A DNA stretch of 64,000 nt from Eledone cirrhosa (lineage: Eukaryota): contig OZ024741.1 of the NCBI GenBank assembly GCA_964016885.1, positions 282,348,001 to 282,412,000 of the forward strand, given 5' to 3'. The stretch's first letter is position 1; the number at the start of each line of letters is the position of its first letter. A program made the translations under genes and the position numbers. Under the pieces are notes generated by a model. That model worked only from the letters and a program-made list of their open reading frames with translations, ran no database searches and had not been told where the DNA came from. Shown one piece after another: positions 40,254 to 54,004 of this stretch.

Positions 40254-41084
40254 AGGTAGTGATCCTTACCTTCACTGCAGTATCTTATGGAGGTATTGAT
40301 ATATCCATCACTGCAGTATCTTATGGAGGCAGTGATCCTTACCATCACTGCAGTATCTTATGGAGGTAGTGATCCTTACCATCACTGCAGTATCCTATGG
40401 AGGCAGTGATCCTTACCATCACTACAGTATCTTATGGAGGCAGTGATCATTACCTTCACTACAGTATCTTATGGAGGTAGTGATCCTTACCATCACTACA
40501 GTATCTTATGGAGGCAGTGATCCTTACCATCACTGCAGTATCTTATGGAGGCAGTGATCCTTACCATCACTGCAGTATCTTATGGAGGCAGTGATCCTTA
40601 CCATCACTACAGTATCTTATGGAGGCAGTGATCCTTACCATCACTGCAGTATCTTATGGAGGCAGTGATCCTTACCTTCACTGCAGTATCTTATGGAAGC
40701 AGTGATCATTACCTTCACTGCAGTATCTTATGGAGGCAGTGATCATTACCATCACTGCAGTATCTTTTGGAGGCAGTGATCATTACCTTCACTGCAGTAT
40801 CTTATGGAGGCAGTGATCATTACCTTCACTGCAGTATCTTATGGAGGCAGTGATCATTCCCATCACTGCAGTATCCTATGGAGGCAGTGCTCATTACCAT
40901 CACTGCAGTATCTTATGGAGGCAGTGATCATTACATTCACTGCAGTATCTTATGGAGGTAGTGATCATTACCATCACTGCAGTATTTTTTGGAGGCAGTG
41001 ATCATTACCTTCACTGCAGTATCTTATGCAGGCAGTGAACCTTACCTAGTATCTTATGGAAGCAGTGATCCTTACCTTCACTAC
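40254..41084. repeat. Minisatellite, 37-bp unit x about 22, with internal palindrome
   Basis: Unit GCAGTGATCCTTACCATCACTGCAGTATCTTATGGAG. No spacers. Confidence 0.95.
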
Positions 41085-41819
41085 ATTATCTAAGAAAAGA
41101 GAAGGTGCAAAAGAGTTGCTAACTGTAGCAGACACATACAAACTTCTGCAGTTTCCATCTACCAAATTCTGCTCACTGTGGCTATAGAAGATACTTGCCC
41201 AAGGTGTCATGCAGTGGGATGTGATATTCTGACTTATTTATCTCCCTTGTACAACATTGTAACTGTGCATGACAGGAACTGGTCACACTTATAAATAGTG
41301 GTCTCCTGGAATTTGAAGAGAGTTTTTTTTGCTTTGATGTTCCCCATGGTGCATAATAATTCCTGATGCTTGATATGTGAGGTTCATTCTGGTGTCCCTT
41401 TAATACACAGTCTGGTGTGTTAGAATTCATTGTCTTTGATCAGATCTTGATCTATCAAATAAGTTATTTCATGGGAGCGAACCCAGAACTGAATAGTTGC
41501 TAAGCGAATCTTTAACCATTCAGCCATGCCTATTTTATATGTATATATTTACTCACAGTTGTAAACTAACATCAATTGGAACAAAATCTCAACTAAGAGC
41601 ATGATATTATATATAGTCTTCAGAGCAATCAACAAATGCCATTATAAAGCTTTTAAAGGGGATGGTAAGTTCTTTGAAGCGTTAAAACTGAATTTCTAAC
41701 CCTTGATTAGTATTCCATTTTCTTTCAGATTCCCAATGAAAATTCTTATTGTACTTCTATTGTACCTGGGAATTATTTACTAATGCACATTTGCAAAACA
41801 ATGTATACAATATACCCCT

Positions 41820-41947
41820 CCATCACCACCACCATTACAAATGCTATTACTACTACCAACATTACAATGACGACCACCACTACTACCACCATCATTACTA
41901 CAACTGCTGCTGCCACCACTATCACCACTACTACTACTACTACCATC
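41820..41947. repeat. Degenerate (CAC/TAC)n trinucleotide tract
   Basis: Gives poly-H/T/V pseudo-ORFs. Confidence 0.9.
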
Positions 41948-42250
41948 CCTAGCAGCAATAAAGGAGGTTTTCTACATACTAGTTAACAAAATATCTGTTA
42001 GCTTTATAAGTGTCTAGACTTCTTACAACAAGTAACTATACATGCCCCCTGTAATTAATTGACAGCTGGGGTGATTGTATTGAGAGGGCCTTTCTTCCTA
42101 AGACAGAGTTAATTCTTCTGATATGCTACCTTCATGTCTTAAAGTCAGTCAATGGAATAGACACACTAAAGGAACTTTCTAATCCACTTCAGTATTGAAA
42201 TGAAGGAAGCCCCCCCCCCCCCCAAAAAAAAAAATGACAAAGAAAATGAA

Positions 42251-42281
<31 letters not shown>

Positions 42282-42454
42282 TTTTAGTAAGGATAAATAG
42301 TCTTCTTACTCTGGAGTTCAGCCTGCCTCTCATAGAGTCATCAGACAACGACAATATATACACACATACATACACAAACATTCCTTGCTTTCATTTTTCC
42401 GTTCTACTTTCCTAATTTCCTGTGCCGTCTGATAAAAGGTGTAGTCCAAAACCT

Positions 42455-43040
42455 TATGTACAGACTTTTGCTGGCACCTGTCTAGAGAGTAGGACGCCTG
42501 ATAAATGAGTAAAATGCCTTTCTCTGACAAGAAACCTTGGATCAGCTGCAACAAATGATCTGTGGAACTATCATAAAGCACTTTCAGTTTTGTAAGGTCC
42601 ACAGATCCAGTTTTCTGCATCATAAAGTCATCGAAGGAGTTCCTGATAGTGCACCTTGTTTGTCCTTCTGGTGCATATCTGTGATACACAATGTCTTGAT
42701 AGTTGAAGAAAACTGTCAGCATCAACTTGATTGTGTTCTGCACCTGCTGTGCACTTTGGGGCCCTTGGCAATGTTGGATACTTCTACTGTGATGACTGAG
42801 CTTTGGTTTTAAGGTCACACCTGTATATTTCATATCTCATCTCCAGTTATCAAAGTATTCAGTACATCAGGATCCTTACTGGCAGTATCTAGTGAAATGA
42901 AAATGCAATGACTAAGTTGCATTTTCACATGTACAGCACTTCACATGCAGCAAGGTAACCAAGAACCCCACAATTTATGTGGCTCCACTCTGCACATTTT
43001 GTCTCCCTAACCTCAATACTTCCCACAGGAAAAAATATAC
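42455..43040 (-). mobile_element. Decayed mariner transposase remnant with one TIR
   Basis: LITGDE, IKLMLTVFFNYQDIVYHRYAPEGQT, LYDSSTDH (cf. HHDNAPAH), YSLD (cf. YSPD). TIR-like TGAGGTCTGTCGAAAAAGT near 43020-43038. Confidence 0.85.
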
Positions 43041-43279
43041 TTTTTCGACAGACCTCACATATATATATATGTGTGTATGTATATAATCAAATAGATAGAA
43101 GGAAAAATTAGTAGTTTTTAAGTCACTTTTAATTCTTTACATATGTTTCAAGGACATAATTTTGCCAAAACGATGACTGTTTGGCAATTATATACTACCA
43201 CATATAACTCCCCACATAAAATTGGGTTTCACATATATCTTTTACTTTTGCTATATATATATAATATATATATAAAATT

Positions 43280-43311
<32 letters not shown>

Positions 43312-44866
43312 GAAAATGTGTGTGTGCTCATCATGCACATTAGTTTATTATTTAATCCTCTTCAATTGCATCTTTTACTTTTAATTAAACTAATTAAATA
43401 AACACATTTTCTTGACATATATCCAATTTGCATCGTATCTATTTTTGTTGCAATGATTTTCATATTTTATATTTTAATCAAACTTGAATGCACATGCAAG
43501 CAATTACCAACTATATACTGAATTTTAACATATGATTTGGATATCTAACTCTTAACACCCAGTAATGATTTAGCAGAAAATATCTAAAAATGGATTTGTT
43601 AATTCAAATGTTTATAGTATATTTACTATTCAATAATAATTTTAGAGAATTAGTAGCCATATTGAATGGAGAACTTGGCATGGCACTTTGATTGAATGTC
43701 CCTACCACCTGCCCTGATTTAGATACCAAAGGCTATCACACACCCTGCCCCACCACCTGTACTCTCCTAAGTTAACTAGATATAGATTAGTATTATCTTC
43801 TGTAACAGTTATCTTCAATACACAAGGATCCTATTCACATAAGGTTTATCCCAATTACCAAAATCACGATTAAGCCCTACCCCTTGTGACTGTGAAAGGA
43901 TTAAAATTGATCACCTAAACAAGATATTAACACTTTTGTTGCCAAATTTCTAACAAGAATATACTGCCTTTGTGCAAATTAACAACCCTCAGTTATGTAT
44001 TATGTCATTAATCCTGCCTGCAAAATTGTTGGCCTTGTGCCTAAATCAGAAATCATTATTGTTAAATGGTATGGTAATGTCCTGTAATGCCTGAGGGAGT
44101 CATAGGGGTGCTGTATGTCCATACAGTGTTTCTTGAGCATTTTAAGCCTGTACAGCAGATTTCTTCTAGAGAAAGATAGAAAGTATGAGAGAGGAAGTGA
44201 GAAAGACATAGAGGAATAATCAACCCCAGTACTAGAGTGATACTTGTTTTCATTACTTCGAAAGGATGAAAGGCGAAGTTGACCATGGTGGGATTTGAGC
44301 TCAGAGAGCAGAAATTAATATCCTAAAGAACTCTATCCGACATTCTAACAATTCTGCCAATTTGCCATCTTACTGTTAAATAGACTGTATCTATTGTGAT
44401 CTGTCTGACATGAAAGACATCAGGTGAGCATGTGTAAAAGTATATAGCTAGTCGAGCCTACTATATACATACTTGCCATAAGGAGGTAGCTAGGCTATGT
44501 GAAAATTGACTAGATAATTCATATTTATTTCCAAGTATTTTAGGCACAAAGCCAAGTTATAGTTGTTACATGAAATGGCAACATAGTTACAATAATTCAA
44601 TAACAACAACAATTACAACATAAATATTTTACAATTTATAGTTTCAATAATACTACAATATGCATGTAAACAATATTAAGCATTATAATTATGTAAACAG
44701 GTTGAATTTACATAGGTATAATGTATACAAACAAGAGTACTAAAATCATATAGTTATTGTCTGCCAGGCAACTACATAAGCAATTATACCACACTGAGTT
44801 TGCATCACTTTTATCTCATAAATTAGATTGCTTTTAGATGAACTTTAACCTCCACTGCCTTCACAC

Positions 44867-44973
44867 ATACTAAGTAGTATTCACAGGTTTCTACTAATGT
44901 CTAACACAGCAAGATGTCCAATACTAAGTAGTATTCACAGGTTTCTACTAATGTCTAACATAGCAAGATGTCC
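44867..44973. repeat. 54-bp tandem duplication
   Basis: ATACTAAGTAGTATTCACAGGTTTCTACTAATGTCTAACA.AGCAAGATGTCC occurs twice. Confidence 0.92.
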
Positions 44974-45062
44974 CATTTTGGTTCAATGCTTTGATGATAA
45001 TTCACCCCAAGTTTGAGACTGAATTATAGATTAATAGTCAAGATATTTTAATATTAACACTA

Positions 45063-45276
45063 TTAACTCTTTCATGATTGCATTTCTAATGGAATACACA
45101 CTATTTCAATTAATTAATGAAGAATTTTGAGGGATTTACTAAAATTATTAATTATTTCATTACTAAGATAGTAACTTAATGTAAAATTTTAATTTAAATT
45201 GGAAACCTTTAAAATGGGTGGCTTTATTTCATAGAACCATAACCAGTTTTGGCAGGGTTGGTAACAAAAGGGTTAG
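45063..45276. mobile_element. piggyBac-type MITE copy
   Basis: TTAACTCTTTCATG...AAAAGGGTTAG, homologous to 10087-10326. Confidence 0.75.
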
Positions 45277-45999
45277 ACACCAAATTAGTGTCACCAGGAT
45301 CTCTGTGGGTCAAGGGTGATGTGAAGTGAAGTGTAGACACCAAATGAAAATAATAAACCCACATTTTTTTTTCAACTGTCCACTCAAGTTGAAATGACTT
45401 TTTGATATATACTGCCTCTTCTATGCTATGCAAACAGTTATTGCAGGTTCATATAATGAGAATTAACAAGTAAGACTGCCTAGACACCACCTCAAGTGAT
45501 AAATTATATTTTATTCAGAAAGGATATCTCACATGATAAAATGTAAAACTTTCAGATAGAGAACTTTTTTTTTTTAATCCGAGAAAGCAAATGTGCAATA
45601 TCATAAATAAATTACTTTTCAAATTATAAAATGACTAAATAAATAAATAATTTCCAGACTAATTTCTACTGACTGTGAGCTCTGTATATTGGATTTATTT
45701 AGCTTAGCATGGAACTCTAATCTGGCTTTCTCTTCTTATCTTTCCATTTGCTCCTTTTTGAAGGATTACATATCTTAGTCTACTGATAAAGACTTTATCC
45801 GAGATTTCATCTATTTCTTTTACTGGTTTCAGTCATCAGACTGTGGCCATGCTGGGACACTACATTGATTAATCGATCATATCAACTTATTGTATAAAAT
45901 TGCAAAGTTACAGAATGTAAATACAGACATGAAAACACACACACACACACACATATATATATCTACCAAATTCCACTCACAAGGCATTGGTCAACCCAA

Positions 46000-46585
46000 G
46001 GCTATAGAAGGATCCACAGAAGTTGTGGGTAGCTTCTGCTACCTTGGTGATATAATTAGCAGTGGAGGAGGATCCCCTGAGAGCATAGTAGCTAGAATAA
46101 GGTCAAGAAGTTTAGGGAATTGCTACCTCTGTTTACAATAAAAGGTTTCTCCCTACAAATGAAAGGTTGGCTGTATCATGCCTGTGTGTGAAGTGTGATG
46201 CTGCATAGTAGTGAGACATTGGCAGTAAATGCAGAGGATATGCAAAGGCTGGAGAGAAACGAGGCAAGCATGCTTCAATGGATGTGCAATGTTAATTTAT
46301 GGGAATGACAAAGCATGAACGAACTAAGAGAGAAACTGGGCATAAGAGGAATCAGATGTTGTGTGCAGGAGAGGAGACTGTGTTGGGATGACCATGTGAT
46401 ACACATGAATGATAACCGTTGGGCAAAGAAGTGCCAAGTAATCACAGTGGAGAGAAGCTGCAGTAGAGGAAAACCAAGGAAGACCTGGATGGAAGTGGTG
46501 AGAGCTGATCTCAAATTGTTGGACTCACAAAGGAGATGACAAAGGAAGCAGAAAAGTATTGAGAAAGACCCATCCAACCCATGTG
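46000..46585 (+). mobile_element. Old RTE LINE 3' remnant
   Basis: EVVGSFCYLGDIISSGGGS and LGIRGIRCCVQERRLCW..GKPRKTW. Confidence 0.85.
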
Positions 46586-49500
46586 TGCGTGTGTATATCC
46601 TCATCATATAATGGCCAATTTCCCTGTTAGTAATATATATATATATATGTTTGAGTTCAAAATGAGTTCTATGTCACCATAATTCTATTTACAATAACAG
46701 CATCTTCAAAATAAACCATTTATATTGGCCACTCTTCTGAGAATTAAAAATTAACAAACATAAGGAAGTCCATGTAATTTTTTTTTTATTGCAAATTCAT
46801 TTATTTTTTATTATATTTTTACCTTAGAAAAACAAATAATTAAGAAATAATATCGTTGGTTTTCATAGTAAACGCAAACACATAAAGAAACACCCAAACA
46901 TTAAAATTATTAATCTCTTTTGTTAATGTGAGTAAGAAAACTAAAAGTTTGTACCTTAATAGTTGCAGTTCAATTTTTTATGGTTTTTTTTATTTATTTT
47001 TTTTATTTATTTCATTATTTTACAACCTAGTCATTACAGTTTCTATCAACTGAGAATTGAAGTTTGCATCCATTTATTTTAACAGTTTCAAAAAAATTAA
47101 TTGTTTTGTCTACTGGCAGGAGGTCCTTTAGTTTGAGAAAAGTTTATGCTCACACATTTTCATTAAGAAAGCAAAACATTATTTTTCATTGAAAACAGTC
47201 GTATCACACAAGACAATCACTTCAATCAAGGCATATATTCATATTTAGAGTGTGCTAGTAAAACAATCCTACATGGTTTCTACTGTATTTATGCATTAAT
47301 AAACATAGATAATGTCAGTTAAACATTTTTCTTTCATTTCACTAGTAATTACTGAAGGCAAGACTGCTAGGCTTATGCTCCATCCCTATTCCTTTCTCAA
47401 CACAGGCCAGATCTCAGTTAGGAATTGAGACATGGGATAGGGGCCCATCCCAGGCACTGTCAAAAAGAACCAGCTGAACCTGTGACTCATGTAAGGCAAC
47501 ACTATCATGCCCTATAGGTAATGACTTAGTTCCTCTTGTTCTCTATGATTAGTAACCTAACAAACTAAACTTATTTGATAGATATTGTATATACCAGTGC
47601 AAGTTTCCCTTATTGTTCAATACATTCTGTTTTAATAGCTATGATATGCCACTGACTACCATAATGGTTTATTTGAGCCAGGAGTTGAAGACAAATCATG
47701 AAAACAACAACAATAACAAACTGGATGAAGCAATGTATAATCACTTGACTTTCTCTATGTAGCAACAAGTAACTCATCAAAAAATCTACACTTCTTTTAA
47801 AATGGGGACCATAAGTTTTATGTGCTAAACTTTCTAACAAAATATCTAGAATAAAGACAAAATGGTAGCAATATCACTAAAAAGATTCATCTAATTAGTT
47901 ACAACTTCATCATATAATCAGGAGGGGATTGGTGAGAGGGATTAAAGCAACTAAAGGCTCTGGGCGAGAGAAAATTTAAGCCCCTAGCACCTACTTGCAA
48001 GAAACTTAATGAAAATGAATAATACATTAATGCTGATCTATAATCCAGCACCAATCAATACAAGTCTCTAAAACAGAGGTGACATCAAAAGATAAACAAA
48101 TGTGATAACAATTATAATATTATAAATTCTGACAGAAATGTCATTTCATACCAATATTTCAATATGGGCTGTGGCCCACTTAGCCCTGGACAGGGTCTCC
48201 TAGACTATGAGGCTATGGGCTACAACCCACAGCCATGGACAAGGTCTCCTTGAGTATGAGGCCCTGGGCTGATAATAACCATCACAGGAAAGTCTTACTT
48301 AGACTATTCAACAACAATAGCAGACAGAAAATTATAATACTCAACAATTACCCCATATATAATCTTTCAAACCCATCTCTCAAAACAGATATAAGAATGT
48401 TAATTGCCATATAATTATTGAAAACACACCCTAAAACTAATTTCTTAAAATTTCACATTTTGTTCATTTTCTTTCTATTTTATATTCCTTTTTTAAGTAG
48501 GGTGTTGCCCATACTATGTAGTCTTATATATCTACTCGCCCTCTCTGCATATATATATATATAATATGTGTGTGTGTGTTTTTATATATATATATATATA
48601 TATATACTGCTATATTTTGATCATTCGTTCCCTTCTACAGCTATGAAACCAGCTAAGCAGAAACATCCAAGCAAGGAGTTTTAATTATTATAATGAAAAA
48701 AAACAAAAAAACTGTAGTTTGAAGAGAGGCAATACAATTAATGAGACTTGTCTAACTTGTCAACACAGCTAAATAAAAAATGTCAGCCAACCAAAAGGAT
48801 GGTGGTTTATACACACAAATACATATATAAACTCCAGTCACAGAAAGGATCCATAGAAGTGGTTGGTAGCTTCTGCTATCTAAGTGACTTAATTAGAAGG
48901 ACGACGGAGCTCTGAGAGCATAATAGCTAGAATAAGGACAGGATGAAAAACGTTTTAAAAGCTTCTCCCAATGTTGAATACATACGTAAAAAAAGATGAC
49001 TGTAAACCATATCATCATGATCATCAGGTGCCAGGTTTGTTCCAGATCTCAGCGATCATAGCTCTCTAGTCCTTCCTGTTTTTGTGCATGTGAATGTGTG
49101 TGTGAACGTGTCTGTGTGTGTGTGTGTGTGTGTGTATCTATGCAAAGATGAGTAAAACAACATAAACATCAAGTAAATAACAAATAATTTGAAATGCTTT
49201 ATTTCTGTATAACTAATTTATATTCTTTTCTTTCTTTTCCTGGTTTCAGTGATTAAACTGCAGCCATGCTCAGATACCACTTTTGAGGGATTTAGTCAAT
49301 CCTATCGACTAGTATTTATATTTTTAAGCTTTGCATTAATTTTATCGATGTCTATTTGCTGAACCTCTAGGTTATGGGACATAAACAGTAAATGTAAACA
49401 CAGGCAGACACACATACATATATAGACATGATAGATTTCTACAGTTTCTATCAACAAAATTTCACTCATAAAGCCTTAGTCAACCCGAGTGTGTAATAGC

Positions 49501-49818
49501 GGGATTAAATTAATAAAAAACACATAATTGCAAAGCAAACTCTTTAACAACAGCCAAATCTGTGTCTACAGGCTTCAATTCTTGTATTGAAAAAAATGAA
49601 ATGAAATTTACAGCTCACACCTATGTAGGTTTAGCTAACCTTCTATGAGGTTGTATCTCATGAGATATTTCTTCAGTGTTTAAATAATAGGGGTGTCCAG
49701 TCTGATCATCAAAAGCCATATAAAATGAGATGTCTTGCTAAAGAACACAACACACACAGCCACAGCAAGGATTTAAACTCATGACCTAACTGTTATGGCA
49801 CATACCTCCATCATATAT

Positions 49819-50029
49819 TTAACCCTTTCAATTAATTAATGAAGAGTTTCAAGGGATTTACTAAAATTATTAATTATTTCATTACTAAGATAGTAACTTA
49901 ATGTAAGGTTCTTATTTAAAATTATGTTGGAAGATTTTAATTTAAATTGGATACCTTTAAAATAAAATGGGCGACTTTATTTCATAGAACCAGAGACAGT
50001 TTTAGCCAGGTCAGTAACTAAGGTGTTAA
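49819..50029. mobile_element. piggyBac-type MITE copy (internally deleted)
   Basis: TTAACCCTTTCA...GGTGTTAA. Confidence 0.72.
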
Positions 50030-50864
50030 GAAATATAAGGTTTCAATTTCAATTTTTTAAGAAACTAGGCCGAGTGTATCTCAAAATAATTTAAATAGAA
50101 CCTTTGTCCTCCAAGAGATTAACAAAGCAAAACAAACAAAAATGGAGAAAAGAAATCAGAAACCATATTTCAGTTAAACACTGCTTTTCCTATATTTAAA
50201 CTTTTTTGCCAGTATTTTAATTCCCCCCCCCCCCCCCCTGCCCCCATTCTCAAGTTGGTTTTCTTTGAATAATTTCACAAGATATACACATTTGTAGAAA
50301 CAAATGTTATACTAGCACCACTGAAAAAAGATATACATCTAGCAGAATGGAATGTAAAAGGACCACAACCCAACTAAAGTGTTGTATGATATATGTTGTA
50401 TAATATGAAAAAAAAGCCTGTGTTTAGCAGCTCTTATCACAACAGTAAGAGAAGAGTGGTGGATTGGCAGAGTCATTTGAGTCTTAGATAGATGTTTAGT
50501 AGTATTTGTTCCTGCCCTTTACTTTCTCAATTAAAATCCCATCAGAGTCAACTTTGCCTTTCATCCTTTTAAAGTCAATAAAATAAAGTACCAGTCAAGT
50601 ATTGAGAGTCTATTTAACAAACTTACTTCCTCCTCCTACTCCAAATGTAGAAAAATTGTAGAAAAATTATAAACATTTATTACAGCAGTTAGAAAACTGA
50701 AAAGGAAATATGCAATAATCTAATAAACTCACTGTATTAAACATGGAAGATTATGTGTATATAAAAATATACTGTCTAAGCAGTTCTAAAGAGGGTCTGT
50801 TTTCATTAATTCATTTATTCACGTCATAATTTCATTTGCAAAGAAGGGTTAGGAAAAAAGAATG

Positions 50865-51120
50865 TATGTATGTGTGTTGATATGGGTCAGGCTGGACTTT
50901 GTGAATGAAAAACAGTGACAATAATGAATGATAGTGATGGCACACGTGTGCATGTGCGGTATAGTTTATTCATTCATTCTTTACTTTCCTCTGTGTATGT
51001 ATGTATATATGTATGCATGGGTCAGACGGCTTTGTGAATGAAAAACAGTGACAATAAGGAAAGATGGTGATGATGATGATGACACACACATGGTATAGTT
51101 TATTTTTTTACTTTCCTGTT
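50865..51120. repeat. Tandem duplication, period about 135 bp
   Basis: ATGGGTCAG..CTTTGTGAATGAAAAACAGTGACAATAA occurs twice. Confidence 0.8.
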
Positions 51121-51539
51121 TCTGTCATGCTCCCTGATACAACCAGGAAAAGTGGGAGTAGCAACAGAGTGAAATCTCAAAAAATATATATATAAAACGT
51201 GTGTACATACATACATGCATACGTATGTACATACATAGGCATACAACTAAAAGTGCACAAAATAAAAAAAAAATAAAAATAAATGGGGAAAACAAGCACA
51301 GAGGGCAAGGAATGAAAACATAATTTCCTCATCAGTTTCCCCTGAATAGATGATTGCAATGTCAACACATACATATTTCAACACCTACAACACATAGATA
51401 TATAACTGAGCAATGCATATTAACTCTGCTTGCTCAAGTTAGCCTACTCACATATCAAGATTGAAAGATTAGCAACAGATGGAAAGTCATACAGTTGCAA
51501 TATCCTTTCAATGCCAAAAATCATCTTTGATATCCCAGT

Positions 51540-51840
51540 GGCCATCATCACCATTTAACGTCCACTTTTCCACATTATCATGGGTTAGACAAGCTGTCCC
51601 TTTATGAGACAAGCTAGATCTTCTGCATGGTTTGCTCATACAGAACTGTTTCTGGCTTGGTTTATACAGCTGGATGCCCTTCCTAACACCAACCACATTT
51701 ACAGTGTGGACTGGATGCTTTTTGTTGTGACACTAACACAACCATTTTACAGTGTGGACTGGGTACTTTTTATCATGTCACCTATATGACCATTTTACAG
51801 TGTGGACTGGGTGCTTTTTGACGTGGCACCTACATGACCG
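51540..51840 (-). mobile_element. RTE 3'UTR remnant with about 3 subrepeats
   Basis: TTTAACGTCCACTTTTCC..CAGCTGGATGCCCTTCCTAACACCAACC and repeated TTTACAGTGTGGACTGG. Confidence 0.8.
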
Positions 51841-52364
51841 TGAAGCATTATTCATTTAAGAAATTTAAAAGCTAGAGCTACAATAAATTCAATCCCTATT
51901 TTCAGCTTCATCCAACCCTTCTAGCTGCGAAGGCAAGGGTTATTCAATGATGATGATGATATTTCTCTTAGTTGTGAGGAACCACTAAGCTTAGAACAGA
52001 AGAAATATGAAATGATCTTGTGAGTATTATTTTTTTTTTAACAGTGTGCTTAATGATATCTTTGAAGCATACATGTAAAGGCAGTAAACAAATTAACACT
52101 ATTTCTTCTGAAGTTATGACTTAAATCACAAAAAAACAAAAAAAAAACAGAAACTAATAAATAACCAGTTAATACCACCAACTAATCGACTGTTCAATAA
52201 ATATGGACTATGCCACTCCCATATGTCTCAATTTCCCCTTCAGTTTTCTTGTGTATCTAATTAATAGAATGCAAGTGATTCTCCAAAAGTTTTGCATATA
52301 ACTCAGTAAACAGTTAAAACCAACATCGCAGTGATGATGTCATCACATCTACTGTTAATGACTT

Positions 52365-52532
52365 TTTTTATCAACAGGATGAAAGCTTCTTCACCAATGG
52401 GATCCAAACACTAACACTGATGGAAGAAGTGTGTGGACTGCAAGGAGGACATGTTGAAAAATAAACTTAATTTGGTCACATTCCATGAGAGTATCTTAGT
52501 CAGTCTATGAACTTTTCAGCCAACCCTCATAT
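52365..52532 (+). mobile_element. mariner 3' end remnant
   Basis: QQDESFFTNGIQTL..WKKCVDCK..VEK*, then TIR-like GAACTTTTCAGCCAACCCTCATA. Confidence 0.8.
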
Positions 52533-53819
52533 ATTGTACAAAATAGAGTTTTTATGAGAAGAAATAAATGATTCTATAGTTTTATAGAGAAATTGGCACA
52601 GACAGGATTGTGCGGTTAAAAAGTTCACTTGAAAACCATACATTTTCAAGTTCAGCTTCACTGCCTGGCTCCTTGGGCAAATGCCATCTGCTACAACTTC
52701 AGGTTGATCGATCCATTGTGAGTAAAATTTGGTAAATAGAACTTGTGTAAAAGTCTCTCTATATATATAAGAATAGCATTAAGAAAGATGCTGTGATTAC
52801 ATAAAGTGTTTATTCATAATAATTATTTCCATGGTGACCCTTAAGCAATCCATGATGCAGTATTTGCATTTGCTGCTGGTATGGGAACGATTTCCTCAGA
52901 AGAATCCGCGTTTATGTGATATGCTGCAGGCAAAAACATGTTCTTCTTCTTGCGTGTCTAGCAAGCATATACATATATATATATATAGTTCTGTATATGT
53001 AATATATATATATATATATATTTATATATGTATATACACACAATATATGTGTAGTGGAGGAGTGTGTCTAGGTCTGTGTTTATGTTCAGTAACTTAAGAG
53101 TTTGACAAAAAGAGACTGATAATACTTAAAACTAAACTTGAAAAAAATAAGTACTGGGATTGATTTGATTAGCTAAATACCTTCAATGCAATGCTCTAGC
53201 ATGGTCATAGTCTAATAACTAAAACTAGAGTAAAAATATTAAAAGAATATGGTTGTTTTAAAATGTTATATTTCTTCTTTAAGTAATACATAAAATATTT
53301 GATTAGAAATGAATGATATGCAATTTTGTAATTAAAAGATAAAAATATGTCGACACTAAACACATTTTACACACAGGGAAGGAATTAATTTCATAATCTT
53401 TCAAAGATAGATTTGATATTATGTAATGTTATTTCTTAAATATAAAATCTATTTTCCATGAATTCTAGTAACAACGACTTTTTTGTTTGCCTTTTGTTGT
53501 TTTTTTCTTCAATATTTTCTGGCTAGATGCAATTTTTAACAGAAATTAAATGATGGTGTAGTGGTACTGATACCTATCATCAACTAAGCAGAGTAAAGGA
53601 AAAATAAAATGTCTCTTACAGTAGGAACAAAACACACAATCTGTGATATAGATTTCAATATATTTGACATCATAAACTCAGCCACCATACTGATGATCAA
53701 ATCCAGCATCATGAGCCAATAAGAGAGCTTCTAACTGGTAGTTCAACCTGTTAGAAATGGCAGTCAAATCTTTTTTAAATCACATTCCTCAAAGAGAGCC
53801 AGGTTTGTGACTAAATAAT

Positions 53820-54004
53820 TGTTTCTACTTTAGGCACAAAGCCAGCAATTACCCAGTACATTACTGGTACTTTATTTTATCGACCCCATAAGGATGAAAG
53901 GCAAAGTTAACCTCGGCGGGATTTGAACTCAGACTGTAAAGGGACGTAACTATGCTAGAAAGCATGGCATCCAATCCTCTACCGATACTGCCAATTCCCC
54001 ACCC
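53820..54004 (-). mobile_element. Meta-like SINE with 15-bp TSD
   Basis: TSD TTGTGACTAAATAAT at 53805-53819 and 54005-54019. Confidence 0.92.

Noticed and set aside
40254-41084. CRISPR-like array
   Set aside because: The sequence between palindromes is constant, there are no unique spacers or cas genes, and the context is eukaryotic.
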